A stretch of 64,000 bases of DNA from Vicinamibacteria bacterium (lineage in GTDB: Bacteria > Acidobacteriota > Vicinamibacteria > Marinacidobacterales > Marinacidobacteraceae). A model generated the notes under the pieces. The model was not told where the DNA came from, made no database searches, and saw only the letters and a list, made by a program, of their open reading frames with translations. The DNA is taken from NCBI GenBank assembly GCA_964291235.2, contig OZ219816.1, forward strand, positions 1,824,001-1,888,000, in the 5' to 3' direction. Position 1 is the stretch's first letter. The number at the start of each line of letters is the position of its first letter. A program made the position numbers and the translations under genes. Of the stretch, positions 10,484 through 19,950 are shown in pieces.

Positions 10484-12540
10484 TGCACCGTCCCCAACCG
10501 GCGGAGGGCGAGCGGCGCGAGGAGGGGGCCGTCGTGGGTCACCAGCGTGGCTCCCGGTACCGCGGCGGCGGCCTCGAATGCCGCCGCGGCCCGGGCTCGC
10601 TCTCCGAGAGCGGCGAAGGCGAGAGCCCGGTAGTAGAGGACCGTGCCGTCACTGATCCCGGCGCCCGTCGGAGCCCCCACGTCCCCCAGATAGCGCACCA
10701 GGGCCCGCTCCGGATCTCCCAACAGGATCCAGCAGATCCCCGCCTCGAGCTGGCGCGTCGCGTCGCTCCGGCCCCTCGCAAAGTCGGCCTCCAGTTCCAC
10801 GAGGCGCCGGTTGCATTTTTGGGCCGCCAACGAGGGAAGCACGGGTGTTTCGGAAAGCACCAGGCGCAGTTGCCGCTCGGCCCCGTCGCGGCGCACCACG
10901 AGGTCGATCGTGGAGTCCGCCGGCTCGCTCGCAACCAGGTCGGAGAGTGCGAGCTCGTCAGAAACGAGCTGGCCCTCGATTTCAAGAAGCTCGTCCCCCG
11001 GCTCCATCCCGGCCAGCACGGCCGGCCCAGCCGGGTGAACGCTGGCGATCCGCAGCCCTCGCGCGCCGCTCTCCGCCCCCGCTTCCCGGAGCGCGACCGC
11101 CGTCATTCCGGTCCACGAGCGGCGGCGCTGCGGGGGAGTCAGGAGCCGTTCGGCGGCCAGGCCCGCACTTGCCGGCGCGAAACGATCGAACCGAGCCACG
11201 TCCGGCGTCCGGGATCCCGCGGCCAGGAATTCAACCTGCGACGGCCCCACGCCTGGTTCCGGCAGCCGGACGAGGATCCGCGCCTGCGCGTCAGGTTCGT
11301 CCGGGCCGTCCACAACGAAGTAGTCATCCCTCGCCTCGAGTACCCGCCGCACTTCGCGATCCGCCTCGGAACCACCCTCCGGTTCGCTGGGGGTCATGGC
11401 CAGAACGGGGAGGGCCTCGCAGGAAACCGCGGTTCGAGAGCCCCGCGAAACCGTGAAGGAGCGGGCGCAGCGCCCCGCGGGATGACGGATCTCAACCTCA
11501 TGTTCGCCGGAGCACATCGCCGAGAACGAGAGCGGGGTCACACCGCGTTCCTCGCCGTCCAGCACCACCGTCGCACCGCTCGGCTCGCTTTCGATCCTGA
11601 GACCTCCAGTGGAAGGGCGGAGCCGAACGAACCGCGGCAGGTAGTCGCGGGCTTCATCGGCATGGAACGTGAACCGGGACGGAGTGCGGCAGGGCGCCTC
11701 CAGCGTGATCTCGTTGGCTCCGGTTTCCAGGTTCCCGAGCTGGAGGGGCGCCGAAAAATCCTCCCGGGCGAAGCGCGGCGGCACCGCCGGCCGCAGGTCT
11801 TCCGGAAGACTGCCGGTCGTGACGCCCGCGACCCGTCCCCCCACGCGCACCGTGACTCCGGCCGGCGAGGTGATCACGGAAAGGACCGGACGGCTGCGCT
11901 CCATCTCGTGTTCGATCGCGATCCTCTCGCCCGCCAGCACTTCACGACGCGGTTCGGTGTAAACCGCATAGCCGGGCCGGTCCAGTCGAATCGTGACGAG
12001 CCCCGCGAACACCGGGCGGCCCGTCAGGGGGGTGGTGCCGACCGCTTCGTCCTCGACGAACACGGTGACGCCGGCCGGCTCGGTCAGGACGCTCAGATAA
12101 GCGAGCAGTTCGCCCCGCTGCTGTTCGAACAGGTCCACCACGACCGGGGAGATTCCGGTGAGGTCGAGACGCCAGGTCGGATCCGCCAGGATCAACAGAC
12201 GAAGGTCGTCGGCGGCCTGCTCGAAGGACTCGCGGGTCACGTGGGCGCGGGCGCGGTATTCGAGAGCGCGCAGGAACAACTCGGTCTCGATTTCCGGGAG
12301 CCGCCCCTCCGCGTCACGAGCCGCGTCGAGCGCATCGAGGATCGCCGTCAGCGCCAGGATCGCCTCTACCGCCAGGTCCGGATCTGCGGTCTGTGGGCGG
12401 AGGCTCCGCAACTCGGCGGCGATGGCCGCCGAGTCCTGAGCAACCGGCGCCTGCGCGGCAACTCGTGCGGGGAGGGCAGCGATGGACACGATTCCCGCCA
12501 GCAGCACTGGCGCCATCCGGACGGATCCCACCGCGTTCAC
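10480..12540 (-). CDS. Secreted TPR / PEGA-repeat / PDZ domain protein
   Basis: Signal peptide; PEGA repeats (TEPAGVTVFVE...VGTTPL; ESEPSGATVVLDG...GVTPL); PDZ-like GLRIASVHPAGPA..AGMEPGDELLEIEG; terminal TPR-like helices. Confidence 0.75.
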   Translation of the reverse strand: MNAVGSVRMAPVLLAGIVSIAALPARVAAQAPVAQDSAAIAAELRSLRPQTADPDLAVEAILALTAILDALDAARDAEGRLPEIETELFLRALEYRARAHVTRESFEQAADDLRLLILADPTWRLDLTGISPVVVDLFEQQRGELLAYLSVLTEPAGVTVFVEDEAVGTTPLTGRPVFAGLVTIRLDRPGYAVYTEPRREVLAGERIAIEHEMERSRPVLSVITSPAGVTVRVGGRVAGVTTGSLPEDLRPAVPPRFAREDFSAPLQLGNLETGANEITLEAPCRTPSRFTFHADEARDYLPRFVRLRPSTGGLRIESEPSGATVVLDGEERGVTPLSFSAMCSGEHEVEIRHPAGRCARSFTVSRGSRTAVSCEALPVLAMTPSEPEGGSEADREVRRVLEARDDYFVVDGPDEPDAQARILVRLPEPGVGPSQVEFLAAGSRTPDVARFDRFAPASAGLAAERLLTPPQRRRSWTGMTAVALREAGAESGARGLRIASVHPAGPAVLAGMEPGDELLEIEGQLVSDELALSDLVASEPADSTIDLVVRRDGAERQLRLVLSETPVLPSLAAQKCNRRLVELEADFARGRSDATRQLEAGICWILLGDPERALVRYLGDVGAPTGAGISDGTVLYYRALAFAALGERARAAAAFEAAAAVPGATLVTHDGPLLAPLALRRLGTVQ

Positions 12541-14108
12541 CGAAGCACCGCTACCGCGTGCGTGGATTCATCCAGGACGAACAGACTGCCGTCGGGAGCC
12601 ACCCCGAGCGAGACGGGCCGGCGGACCGCGCCCCCCGACCACTCGCCGCCGCGCAGCGTGGCGAGCGGCCTGAAATCGTGGTCGAAGACGCCCAGCATCG
12701 GGCCATCGCGGTCCAGGACGAAGAGGTGCCCCAGGCCGTCGAAGGCCAAGTCCACCGGTTCCGAAAAACCGGATTCGCGGGTGAGGTGAAAGATCCGCCG
12801 GCCCTCCGCGTCGAAGGCGAGCACCCCCTGCCGGTCCTCGATCACGATCAGATGTCCCGCAGGATGGCGTTCGATGCGGTGCACTTCGTCGAGCCGGGAA
12901 TGGGCCAGCCGGCCGAGGTAGAGACCCGAACGCGCGAACCGGAACACCGCCTTCTCCCGGTCGTCCCAGACCCAGTAGCCCTCGGGCGCAACCGTGACGG
13001 CGCGGATCCGACGGAGGCGTTCCGGGCCGTTCTCGACTCGCAGCGTCATGACGTTTCCACCGACGATCAGGGCCTCCCCCGCCGCCACCACGGGGACCGC
13101 CGCACCCGCACCCGCCGCGCCGTCCGCGAACACGAAATCCCAGGGATCTTCGACTCCGATCGCCCCTTCGAACTCGCCCGCCGGCGAAAACGTCTGCAAT
13201 TCGTCGGTGTCGCGGTCGAGAACGTGAATGCTGCCTCCGGCTACCCGTACCCGGCGCGGCCGGTCGAGCCGCTGCGGCGGTTGAATGGCCCCCGCCGCGC
13301 GCCACGAGGGACCTTCCGGCGACTGGAAGCGGAAGACCAGGGTGGCGAGTTCGCGGGCCTCTTCCGCAAGCTCCAGCGGCGAAAAGCCCGGGTCGCCTTC
13401 GCCAGGCCCGGCGCCATCCGCGGCTCGGTCCCGCGCTACGCGAAGCAGGTCCGCGCGGAGCTCCGCCACGTGTCCGAACGCCGCGTCCGATTGGCCCAGC
13501 CGCGCGAGGGTGCGGGCCAGCAACAGACGGGCGCGGAAACGCTCGGCGGCCGATGCCGGAGCGGAGTGCGTCTCATAGAGCGCGGAGAGAAGCGCTCCCG
13601 CCCCGGTGGGATCATCCATGAAGTCGGAGGCGATTCCGGCGATCCCGGTGAGCGCCGCAAAGGACCACGGAGAACCGGCAGGCCCGGCAGCGGTGAGAGC
13701 CCGCTCGAACTCGGCCAGGGCGTCCTCGGGCCGCGGCGGCAGACTTGCGGCGGCAATTCTGCCGAGCAGCAGGTGAGCCCCGGGAACCGAGTCGCCCGCC
13801 GGATAGTCGCGGAACAGACGGTCCACCATCTCCTCCGCGGCGGCCGGGTTCCCCTCCGTTTCGAACCGGTGCCGGGCGATGCGGAGCGCCGCATCATCCG
13901 CGAGCCGGGTACCCGGCATCGTGTCCATGATCGCTTCAAAATCGCGAATCGCCTGCCCGTAGCGCCCCCCCGCGTAGAACTGCTCCGCACTCCGGAAACG
14001 CCGTTCGGCGGCACGTTCGAGCTGGGCTTCCGATTGTGTTTGGGCAAAAAGCGGCGACGCCACCCCGAGCCCAACCAGAACCGAAAGCCATGCCACACGA
14101 GTGGTCAT
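12537..14108 (-). CDS. Secreted TPR (BamD/YbgF-like) plus NHL beta-propeller protein
   Basis: Signal peptide; A..F......P.T.LADDA TPR region; NHL repeats (FSEPVDLAFDGLGHLFVLD, RPVSLGVAPDGSLFVLD). Confidence 0.75.
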   Translation of the reverse strand: MTTRVAWLSVLVGLGVASPLFAQTQSEAQLERAAERRFRSAEQFYAGGRYGQAIRDFEAIMDTMPGTRLADDAALRIARHRFETEGNPAAAEEMVDRLFRDYPAGDSVPGAHLLLGRIAAASLPPRPEDALAEFERALTAAGPAGSPWSFAALTGIAGIASDFMDDPTGAGALLSALYETHSAPASAAERFRARLLLARTLARLGQSDAAFGHVAELRADLLRVARDRAADGAGPGEGDPGFSPLELAEEARELATLVFRFQSPEGPSWRAAGAIQPPQRLDRPRRVRVAGGSIHVLDRDTDELQTFSPAGEFEGAIGVEDPWDFVFADGAAGAGAAVPVVAAGEALIVGGNVMTLRVENGPERLRRIRAVTVAPEGYWVWDDREKAVFRFARSGLYLGRLAHSRLDEVHRIERHPAGHLIVIEDRQGVLAFDAEGRRIFHLTRESGFSEPVDLAFDGLGHLFVLDRDGPMLGVFDHDFRPLATLRGGEWSGGAVRRPVSLGVAPDGSLFVLDESTHAVAVLR

Positions 14109-14121
14109 GAAGCGGACACCG

Positions 14122-14745
14122 TCAGTTTACTGAACCGCCCGTCCCCAAATCGGAACAGCGGGCGACGAACGCGGCAGCCTGGCGAAGATCGCGGAACGCG
14201 CGAATCGCCGCCAGACCGGAGACTCCCGCGCTCCAGGGGCGATCGAGGTTCTCCGCGGTCAGTCCACCGACCGCCCACACCGGGATCCGGAGCCTGCGGC
14301 TGGTCTCGGAAAAGGCCTCCGGCGGCAAGGGACGTTTCCTGCCGGTCGGCGCGAAGGGGCCCAGAATCACGTAGTCGGCCCCCTCCCGCTCCGCGGCAAC
14401 CGCTCCGTCCAGCCCGTGCACCGAACGCCCGATCAGTAGTCGGCCTCGCGGAAACCTTGAACGAACCGCCGCGGCCGGCAGACCGGCTTCCGGCAGGTGT
14501 ACGCCGGCAACGGGAAACGCGGCCGCAAGCGCCAACCGGTCGTTCACGACGATTCGAGACAGCGTTTCGGGCGCCGCCTCCGCAAGGTCCTCCAGAAACA
14601 TCTCGAACGCACGATCGCTGATCTCCCGGTCGCGCAACTGCAAGAAGTCCACCCCGAGCCGGTGGAGTGCGCGAACGTGCTCTACGGCGAGGCCCCGCAC
14701 GCTGGAGATCGCGCAGCAAACGGGCCGGGCGGGCGATCCGAGCAT
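14122..14745 (-). CDS. thiE: Thiamine phosphate synthase (ThiE/TenI family)
   Basis: QLRDR, VVNDR, GVHL, IGRSVH, GADY..GP..PT and AVGG motifs; start placed at ATG 14745. Confidence 0.75.
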   Translation of the reverse strand: MLGSPARPVCCAISSVRGLAVEHVRALHRLGVDFLQLRDREISDRAFEMFLEDLAEAAPETLSRIVVNDRLALAAAFPVAGVHLPEAGLPAAAVRSRFPRGRLLIGRSVHGLDGAVAAEREGADYVILGPFAPTGRKRPLPPEAFSETSRRLRIPVWAVGGLTAENLDRPWSAGVSGLAAIRAFRDLRQAAAFVARCSDLGTGGSVN

Positions 14746-14834
14746 CCCGGGGATGATCGCGCATCCCCCTCGGGGGGCCGACGTTGTCGACGAACAGCCG
14801 GTGGTGAAACGCAGGTGAGGGCCGAAGCCCACGA

Positions 14835-15275
14835 TTAGCGGCGCTTTTCGCGGAGCCGGGCTGCTTTCCCCTTGCGCTTGCGCAGGAAGTAGAGCTTGGC
14901 GCGCCGCACGTGGTGCGAGCGGATGACCTCCACCTTCGCGACCAGCGGCGAATGAAGCGGGAAAATCCGCTCGACGGCGACCCCGAAGGAGGTCTTCCGG
15001 ACGGTGATGGTGCGGCGGTTGCCGCCATGTTTCATCGCAATCAGGATTCCTTCGAAGATCTGGATCCGTTCGCGGTCCCCTTCGCGAATGGTCGCGTGGA
15101 CCCGGACGGCATCTCCAGGGTGAAGATCCGGCCGGTCGGCCTTCAGATCGGCGGCCTCCAGCTCTCGAATGACTTCCGACGCCGTCTTGACCGAAGGCGG
15201 CTGGTTCTCTTCCACCGAAACCGCCAGGGCACTCTCTTCGGGGGTGTCCGTGGCCGGCTGCTCGCTCACGCTCAT
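14835..15275 (-). CDS. rplS: 50S ribosomal protein L19
   Basis: PGD.VRV...EG.RERIQ.FEG, TVRK.S.G..VERIFP.HSP and VRRAKLY.LR motifs. Confidence 0.97.
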   Translation of the reverse strand: MSVSEQPATDTPEESALAVSVEENQPPSVKTASEVIRELEAADLKADRPDLHPGDAVRVHATIREGDRERIQIFEGILIAMKHGGNRRTITVRKTSFGVAVERIFPLHSPLVAKVEVIRSHHVRRAKLYFLRKRKGKAARLREKRR

Positions 15276-16012
15276 GATGGTTTCTCCTTCGTATCTGGAT
15301 TCGTTTCTCGGGCCGCTTCTCTCTGGCCGGCGAACGCGCGGAGCAGATCGGGCCGGCGGCTCCTGGTCAGCTCGACGGACTGTTCCAGCCGGAACTGGCG
15401 GACGGCCTCGTGGTTCCCCGAACGGAGAACCGGCGGCACTTCCTGGCCCCGGAAGACCGGGGGGCGAGTGTAGTGGGCATGCTCCAGAAGTCCGGTTGCG
15501 AACGACTCCTGGACAACGGATTCGGCGTCTCCGACCGCGCCGGGGATGAGCCGGGCCACCGCGTCCACGAGGACCATGGCCGGGATCTCGCCTCCGGAGA
15601 GGACATAGTCGCCGACCGAGACTTCTTCGGCGCCGGTCAGGGCGCCAAAGCGCTCATCGACGCCCTCGTAGCGTCCGGCGACCAGCAGGAGGCGCGGCTC
15701 CCGCGCCAGCTCAGCAACCAGTTCCTGGTCCAGGCGCCGACCGCGGGGCGACAGCAGCACCACCCGAGGCTCTGCGGCATCGAGTTCGCGGATCGACTCC
15801 ACCGCTTCCACGAGCGGCTCCACGCGCATCACCATTCCCGGCCCGCCGCCGTAGGGAGCGTCATCCGCTCGCTGGAAGCGTCCCTCGGTCCAATCCGTCA
15901 GCGCGTGGGTTTCGATCTCCAGGAGGCCCGCCTGCCGGGCCCGCCGCACGATGCCGTGTTCGAAGACCTCGCCGAACATGCCGGGAAGAAGACTCACAAT
16001 GTCAACGCGCAT
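15272..16012 (-). CDS. trmD: tRNA (guanine37-N1)-methyltransferase
   Basis: DD.PYGGGPGMVM, LSP.G, GRYEGVDER, S.GDYVLSGGE, HYTRP and LRSGNH motifs. Confidence 0.97.
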   Translation of the reverse strand: MRVDIVSLLPGMFGEVFEHGIVRRARQAGLLEIETHALTDWTEGRFQRADDAPYGGGPGMVMRVEPLVEAVESIRELDAAEPRVVLLSPRGRRLDQELVAELAREPRLLLVAGRYEGVDERFGALTGAEEVSVGDYVLSGGEIPAMVLVDAVARLIPGAVGDAESVVQESFATGLLEHAHYTRPPVFRGQEVPPVLRSGNHEAVRQFRLEQSVELTRSRRPDLLRAFAGQREAARETNPDTKEKPS

Positions 16013-16652
16013 TGCTGTTTACCGGCGGGATCGGCGCGTTGAGCCCGAGCAGTCCGTCGGGGACGTTCAAAACGACCCGGCCGGCCTCCGGCTCGACGAG
16101 CACACAAAGGGCTTCGACGAACGGGATGAGGTCTTCCGAACCGTCCGGGGCGCGGAGGACGAGAAGGGTGGGGCCGGCGGTGTCGAGCGTGCCCACGATC
16201 TCTCCGAGGAGGGCTCCCTCTTTGCTTTCGGCCCGGCAGCCGACGAGTTCGTCGGAGTAGTAGCGGTCGTCGGGAAGGGCGGCACGCTCCGACTCCCGGA
16301 TGCGGACCTCCATTCCCCGGAGCGTTTCGGCGGCGCCGATGTCGCCGATTCCGTCGAAGAGCACCACCGGGCGTCCCTTGTGGATGCGCACGGCGTCGAG
16401 CGAACGCCAGCGTCCCGGCCGTTCGGCGGGGCCGACTTCGGCGCTTTCGATTTCAAAGAAGCGGTCGGGATCGTCAGTCAGCGGCTCGACGGCGACTTCC
16501 CCGCGGCGGCCGACCGGCCGGACAACCTGCCCGATGACAACGTCGGCGCTGAGGTCCGGACCGTTGCATTCCGGACCGCCGTCGCCGGACCCTGCCGGTT
16601 CGTCTAGCCGTCGTTCCCGCCAGGACTTGGATGACGGTGCGCCAGAAGCCAT
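16002..16652 (-). CDS. rimM: Ribosome maturation factor RimM
   Basis: IG.V..P.G.RGEV, AE.LRG, LP.D.YY..L.G and LIPFV motifs; syntenic between rpsP and trmD; start uncertain. Confidence 0.9.
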   Translation of the reverse strand: MASGAPSSKSWRERRLDEPAGSGDGGPECNGPDLSADVVIGQVVRPVGRRGEVAVEPLTDDPDRFFEIESAEVGPAERPGRWRSLDAVRIHKGRPVVLFDGIGDIGAAETLRGMEVRIRESERAALPDDRYYSDELVGCRAESKEGALLGEIVGTLDTAGPTLLVLRAPDGSEDLIPFVEALCVLVEPEAGRVVLNVPDGLLGLNAPIPPVNSNAR

Positions 16653-16827
16653 GGTCTTCTCGCTCTCCTGGTCACGCTCGTCTTGCGGGTTGCTCGGGTT
16701 CTGCGGGCTGGCGGTGTTCTTGATGCTCGTGATCTGCGGGCGGTGAACCGCCCGGTCGGGGGACAGCATCCAGAAGCCGTCAGCCAGATTTCCGAAGGTC
16801 CGGCAACCGCGCTGGGTGACCGGTGCG

Positions 16828-17133
16828 CTACTTCGATCCGGCGGCGGTCCCGTCTTCCCCTGACCCGTTTCCTTCGGATTCGGCCGGCTCAGCGAGCACG
16901 CTCTTCAGAAAGCTCTTCACCGTGAGACTCGGTTTGGCGCCGTGCCCAAGCCAGTAACGCGCCCGGTCGGCCTTGATGTGCAGCCGGCCTTCCGCATCGT
17001 TTGGCATGCGCGGGTGGTAATAGCCGAGCGTCTCCACAATGCGACCGACCCTTCCGTGCACGGAATCCGAAACGACCACCCGGAAATGGGCGTCACGCTT
17101 CCGCCCGGTACGGGCAAGCCTGATGTTCAACAC
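16828..17133 (-). CDS. rpsP: 30S ribosomal protein S16
   Basis: IRLAR.GRK....FRVVV.DS...R.GR..E.LGYY.P and W...GAKPS.TV motifs; GTG start. Confidence 0.95.
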   Translation of the reverse strand: MLNIRLARTGRKRDAHFRVVVSDSVHGRVGRIVETLGYYHPRMPNDAEGRLHIKADRARYWLGHGAKPSLTVKSFLKSVLAEPAESEGNGSGEDGTAAGSK

Positions 17134-17190
17134 GAAGAGGAGCCTCGATTCTGGAAAAAGCCGCTGCCGACGGCCACTCCGAAGGCCGGA

Positions 17191-17219
17191 AGGGTAGGCC
17201 GAACCCACCTTCCAGTCAA
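17191..17219 (-). promoter_or_regulatory. Sigma70-type promoter for the rpsP operon
   Basis: Minus strand TTGACT-17 nt-TACCCT, overlapping the era stop codon. Confidence 0.55.
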
Positions 17220-18196
17220 GGTGATCCGATGCCGAGGTCCCGCAGAATTCCCGGGTTGTCCTGCCAATTGGCACGGACCTTGACCTGAAGATCGAGGAAG
17301 ACCCGGCGCCCGAGCCGCTTCTCGATCCGCCCCCGCGCTTCGGTACCAATTCGTTTCAGCATCCGGCCGCCCCGGCCGATCACGATTCCCTTCTGGGAGT
17401 CCCGATCCAGAAGCACGGAGGCCGCGATACGCACCAGGGGATTCGAATCGTCGTACTCCTCGATCCTGACGGCGGCGGCGTGCGGAACCTCCTGATGGAG
17501 GTGTTCGAGCATCCGCTCACGGACGATCTCCGATGCGAAAAAGGCTTCCGGAAGATCCGTGATCTGACCGTCGGGATAGAGCGGCGGGCTGAACGGAAGC
17601 AGCGCCGCCAACGTCGTGATCAGCGAGCCGGCCGGGAGATCCCCCGCCCCGCCCTTCCCCCCTTCCTTCGGGTTGTCGGGCTCGTCCACGTTCGCGCCGG
17701 AACGCGCCGAAAACAGCACCACCGGGCCGATATCCCGCTCGCGGTAGAACGCTTCAAGCTCACCCAACCGCAGTCGGGGAGCGGCGTCAATCTTGTTGAT
17801 GCCGATCACCCGAGGCCCCGGAAACGCCTCCAGCCGCCGCAGGAGGTCCCGGTCGTGATCGGAAGGGGCGCGGGTTCCATCCACGACCGCAAGTCCCGCA
17901 TCCGCCCCTCCGAGGCTCTGGGCAACCGTGCGCATCATCGCCCGGCCGAGGCCGGTGCGCGGACGGTGGATTCCGGGAGTGTCGAGCAGGATCAGTTCCA
18001 GCCCCGGACGGCGGGCTACTCCCAGGATGCGCCGGCGGGTCGTCTGGTGCTTCCGGTGGACCGCCGCCAGCCGTTCCCCGACGAGTCGATTCAGGAGAGT
18101 GGACTTCCCGGCACCCGGCAGCCCGACCAGAGCCACGAATCCGGCGCGGTGGGCCGGATGTGCGAGAGGCCCAGGTTCAGGCGCGGAGGCGGCCAA
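17216..18196 (-). CDS. era: GTPase Era
   Basis: G.PGAGKSTLLN, QTTR, DTPG, NKID, EVPH and SQKGIVIG.GG..LK.IG KH domain. Confidence 0.95.
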   Translation of the reverse strand: MAASAPEPGPLAHPAHRAGFVALVGLPGAGKSTLLNRLVGERLAAVHRKHQTTRRRILGVARRPGLELILLDTPGIHRPRTGLGRAMMRTVAQSLGGADAGLAVVDGTRAPSDHDRDLLRRLEAFPGPRVIGINKIDAAPRLRLGELEAFYRERDIGPVVLFSARSGANVDEPDNPKEGGKGGAGDLPAGSLITTLAALLPFSPPLYPDGQITDLPEAFFASEIVRERMLEHLHQEVPHAAAVRIEEYDDSNPLVRIAASVLLDRDSQKGIVIGRGGRMLKRIGTEARGRIEKRLGRRVFLDLQVKVRANWQDNPGILRDLGIGSP

Positions 18197-19420
18197 TCAA
18201 GCTCCCCCGACCCGCGTCAGCCGGACTCTGTGGATGCGCCGTTCGTCGGCATCGAGAATCTCGATCCGGAGTCCCTCCCGCTCGATTGCTTCACCGGGCG
18301 ACGGAATTCTGCGGAAAGCCGCCAGTGCGAAACCGGAGATGGTGTCGAAGGCGGCTCCGTTCAGCGAGTCGGGAAGTGTGAGGCCCGTAACGCGCGCGAT
18401 TTCATCGAGTTCCGCCCCGCCGCGCACTTGATACACGCCCTCCGCCTCCCGCACCAGATCCTCCTCGACCGGCTCGTCCTCTTCGTGGACCTCTCCCACG
18501 ATCTCTTCCGAGATGTCGCGAAGCGTCACGATGCCCGAGACGCTCGCGTGTTCGTCCACCACCACCGCAAACGTCTGTTTGGAGAGCTTGAACTCGCGCA
18601 ACAGGTCGTCCACTCGTTTCGTTTCAGGAACGACCGGCACCTCGCGCAGTAGCGGAACAAGTCCTTTCGGGGCGCCGGGTACGGCGATCAGGTCCACGGC
18701 GTCCACCAGCCCCACCACCTGGTCGGCAGCGCCAAAGACCGGAATGCGGTGGTGCCGGCTGTCGGCGATCAGTTGCTCAACCTCCTGCCGGGAGGCTTCA
18801 TCGGAGACCGACACCACGCTGGGGCGCGGCGTCATCACCTCACGAACCAGCATCTCGTCGAGCTCGAGTACTCCCCGCACCATCGCGGCCTCCTCCTCTT
18901 CCAGGATCCCCTCTTCCTCGCCCGTCTCCAGGAAGGCTGCCACCTCCTCGTCGGAGACCTCGTCGTCGGGCTCCAACGGGAGCGGGAAGCCGCGCCGGAG
19001 AAGGTTGCGGAGCGGTTCGGCGACCGGAAGGACGAGCATTTCCCAGCGGCCGAACCAGGGGAGCAGCGGACGCAGCACGTCTTCGGGGTCGCGCAGCAAA
19101 ATGGCGGCGGGGACCACTTCCCGTAGCACGAACCAGGCCGGAACGAAGACGCCGAAGGTCCACAAGAGGCCGGTCGCCCCGAAGCCCATCCGGTCGAGGG
19201 CGAATCCCAGGAGCGCGCCGGCCACCAAGAGTCCAAACCGGGCCGGAACAAGAACCGCGAGCGGGTCCGCCAGCCGTTCCCGAAGGGTGCGCGCCTCCTC
19301 CACGCTCTCCCCCAGGGCGCGTACCGCGATCGGGCTCGACGCGAAAAAGGCGATCTCGAACAAAGCGAAGAGGACCGCAAGAAGGCCGGCGATCAACGCC
19401 AGGACGCTCCAGAGGAACAT
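18197..19420 (-). CDS. CNNM/CBS/CorC_HlyC family membrane protein (hemolysin-like Mg/Co transporter)
   Basis: N-terminal TM domain, VREVMTPR, VPETK, VVDE..GIVT..D..EEIVGE and C-terminal CorC domain. Confidence 0.9.
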   Translation of the reverse strand: MFLWSVLALIAGLLAVLFALFEIAFFASSPIAVRALGESVEEARTLRERLADPLAVLVPARFGLLVAGALLGFALDRMGFGATGLLWTFGVFVPAWFVLREVVPAAILLRDPEDVLRPLLPWFGRWEMLVLPVAEPLRNLLRRGFPLPLEPDDEVSDEEVAAFLETGEEEGILEEEEAAMVRGVLELDEMLVREVMTPRPSVVSVSDEASRQEVEQLIADSRHHRIPVFGAADQVVGLVDAVDLIAVPGAPKGLVPLLREVPVVPETKRVDDLLREFKLSKQTFAVVVDEHASVSGIVTLRDISEEIVGEVHEEDEPVEEDLVREAEGVYQVRGGAELDEIARVTGLTLPDSLNGAAFDTISGFALAAFRRIPSPGEAIEREGLRIEILDADERRIHRVRLTRVGGA

Positions 19421-19422
19421 CG

Positions 19423-19950
19423 TCAGTTCTTCACCAGGCCGTGCCGTAAACGAAGGACGCGCTCCAGCCGCATCATTTCACCCCGGTCCTGCTCGTGGTC
19501 GTAGCCCAGAAGATGCAGGTAGCCGTGTACCGCGAGGACGCGGATTTCGTCGTCGAGCCCCACACCCGCCTCCCGGGCCTGACGCGCGGCGGTCTCCGCG
19601 GAGACCACCAGATCCCCAAGGTACTCCGGTTCTCCTCCGGCCAGGAACTCCGCCGGCACCGGGTCGGCCGGAAAGGCGAGCACGTCCGTGGCCCGATCCC
19701 GGTCGCGAAAGCGGCGATTCAGTTCACGGATCTTCCGGTCCGAGACGATCCGGAGGGTGGCCCCCCGCGGGTCTCCCGGCGCCACGTCCGCGGCGACCCG
19801 TTCGAGGAAGACCGCCAGCGCGGGGGGATCCACCGGGTAACGGCGTTGCCGGTTCTGGACGGCGAAACGCGCCCGTTCCCGCCGACCGAGCCGCGGCGAG
19901 GGACGTTCGGGTCCGGAATCGTCAGGCCCGGAATCGGCGGCCTCACGCAC
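19423..19950 (-). CDS. ybeY: rRNA maturation endoribonuclease YbeY
   Basis: LN..FR..D..TDVL.F, LGD.V.S and HGYLHLLGYDHE motifs. Confidence 0.95.
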   Translation of the reverse strand: MREAADSGPDDSGPERPSPRLGRRERARFAVQNRQRRYPVDPPALAVFLERVAADVAPGDPRGATLRIVSDRKIRELNRRFRDRDRATDVLAFPADPVPAEFLAGGEPEYLGDLVVSAETAARQAREAGVGLDDEIRVLAVHGYLHLLGYDHEQDRGEMMRLERVLRLRHGLVKN

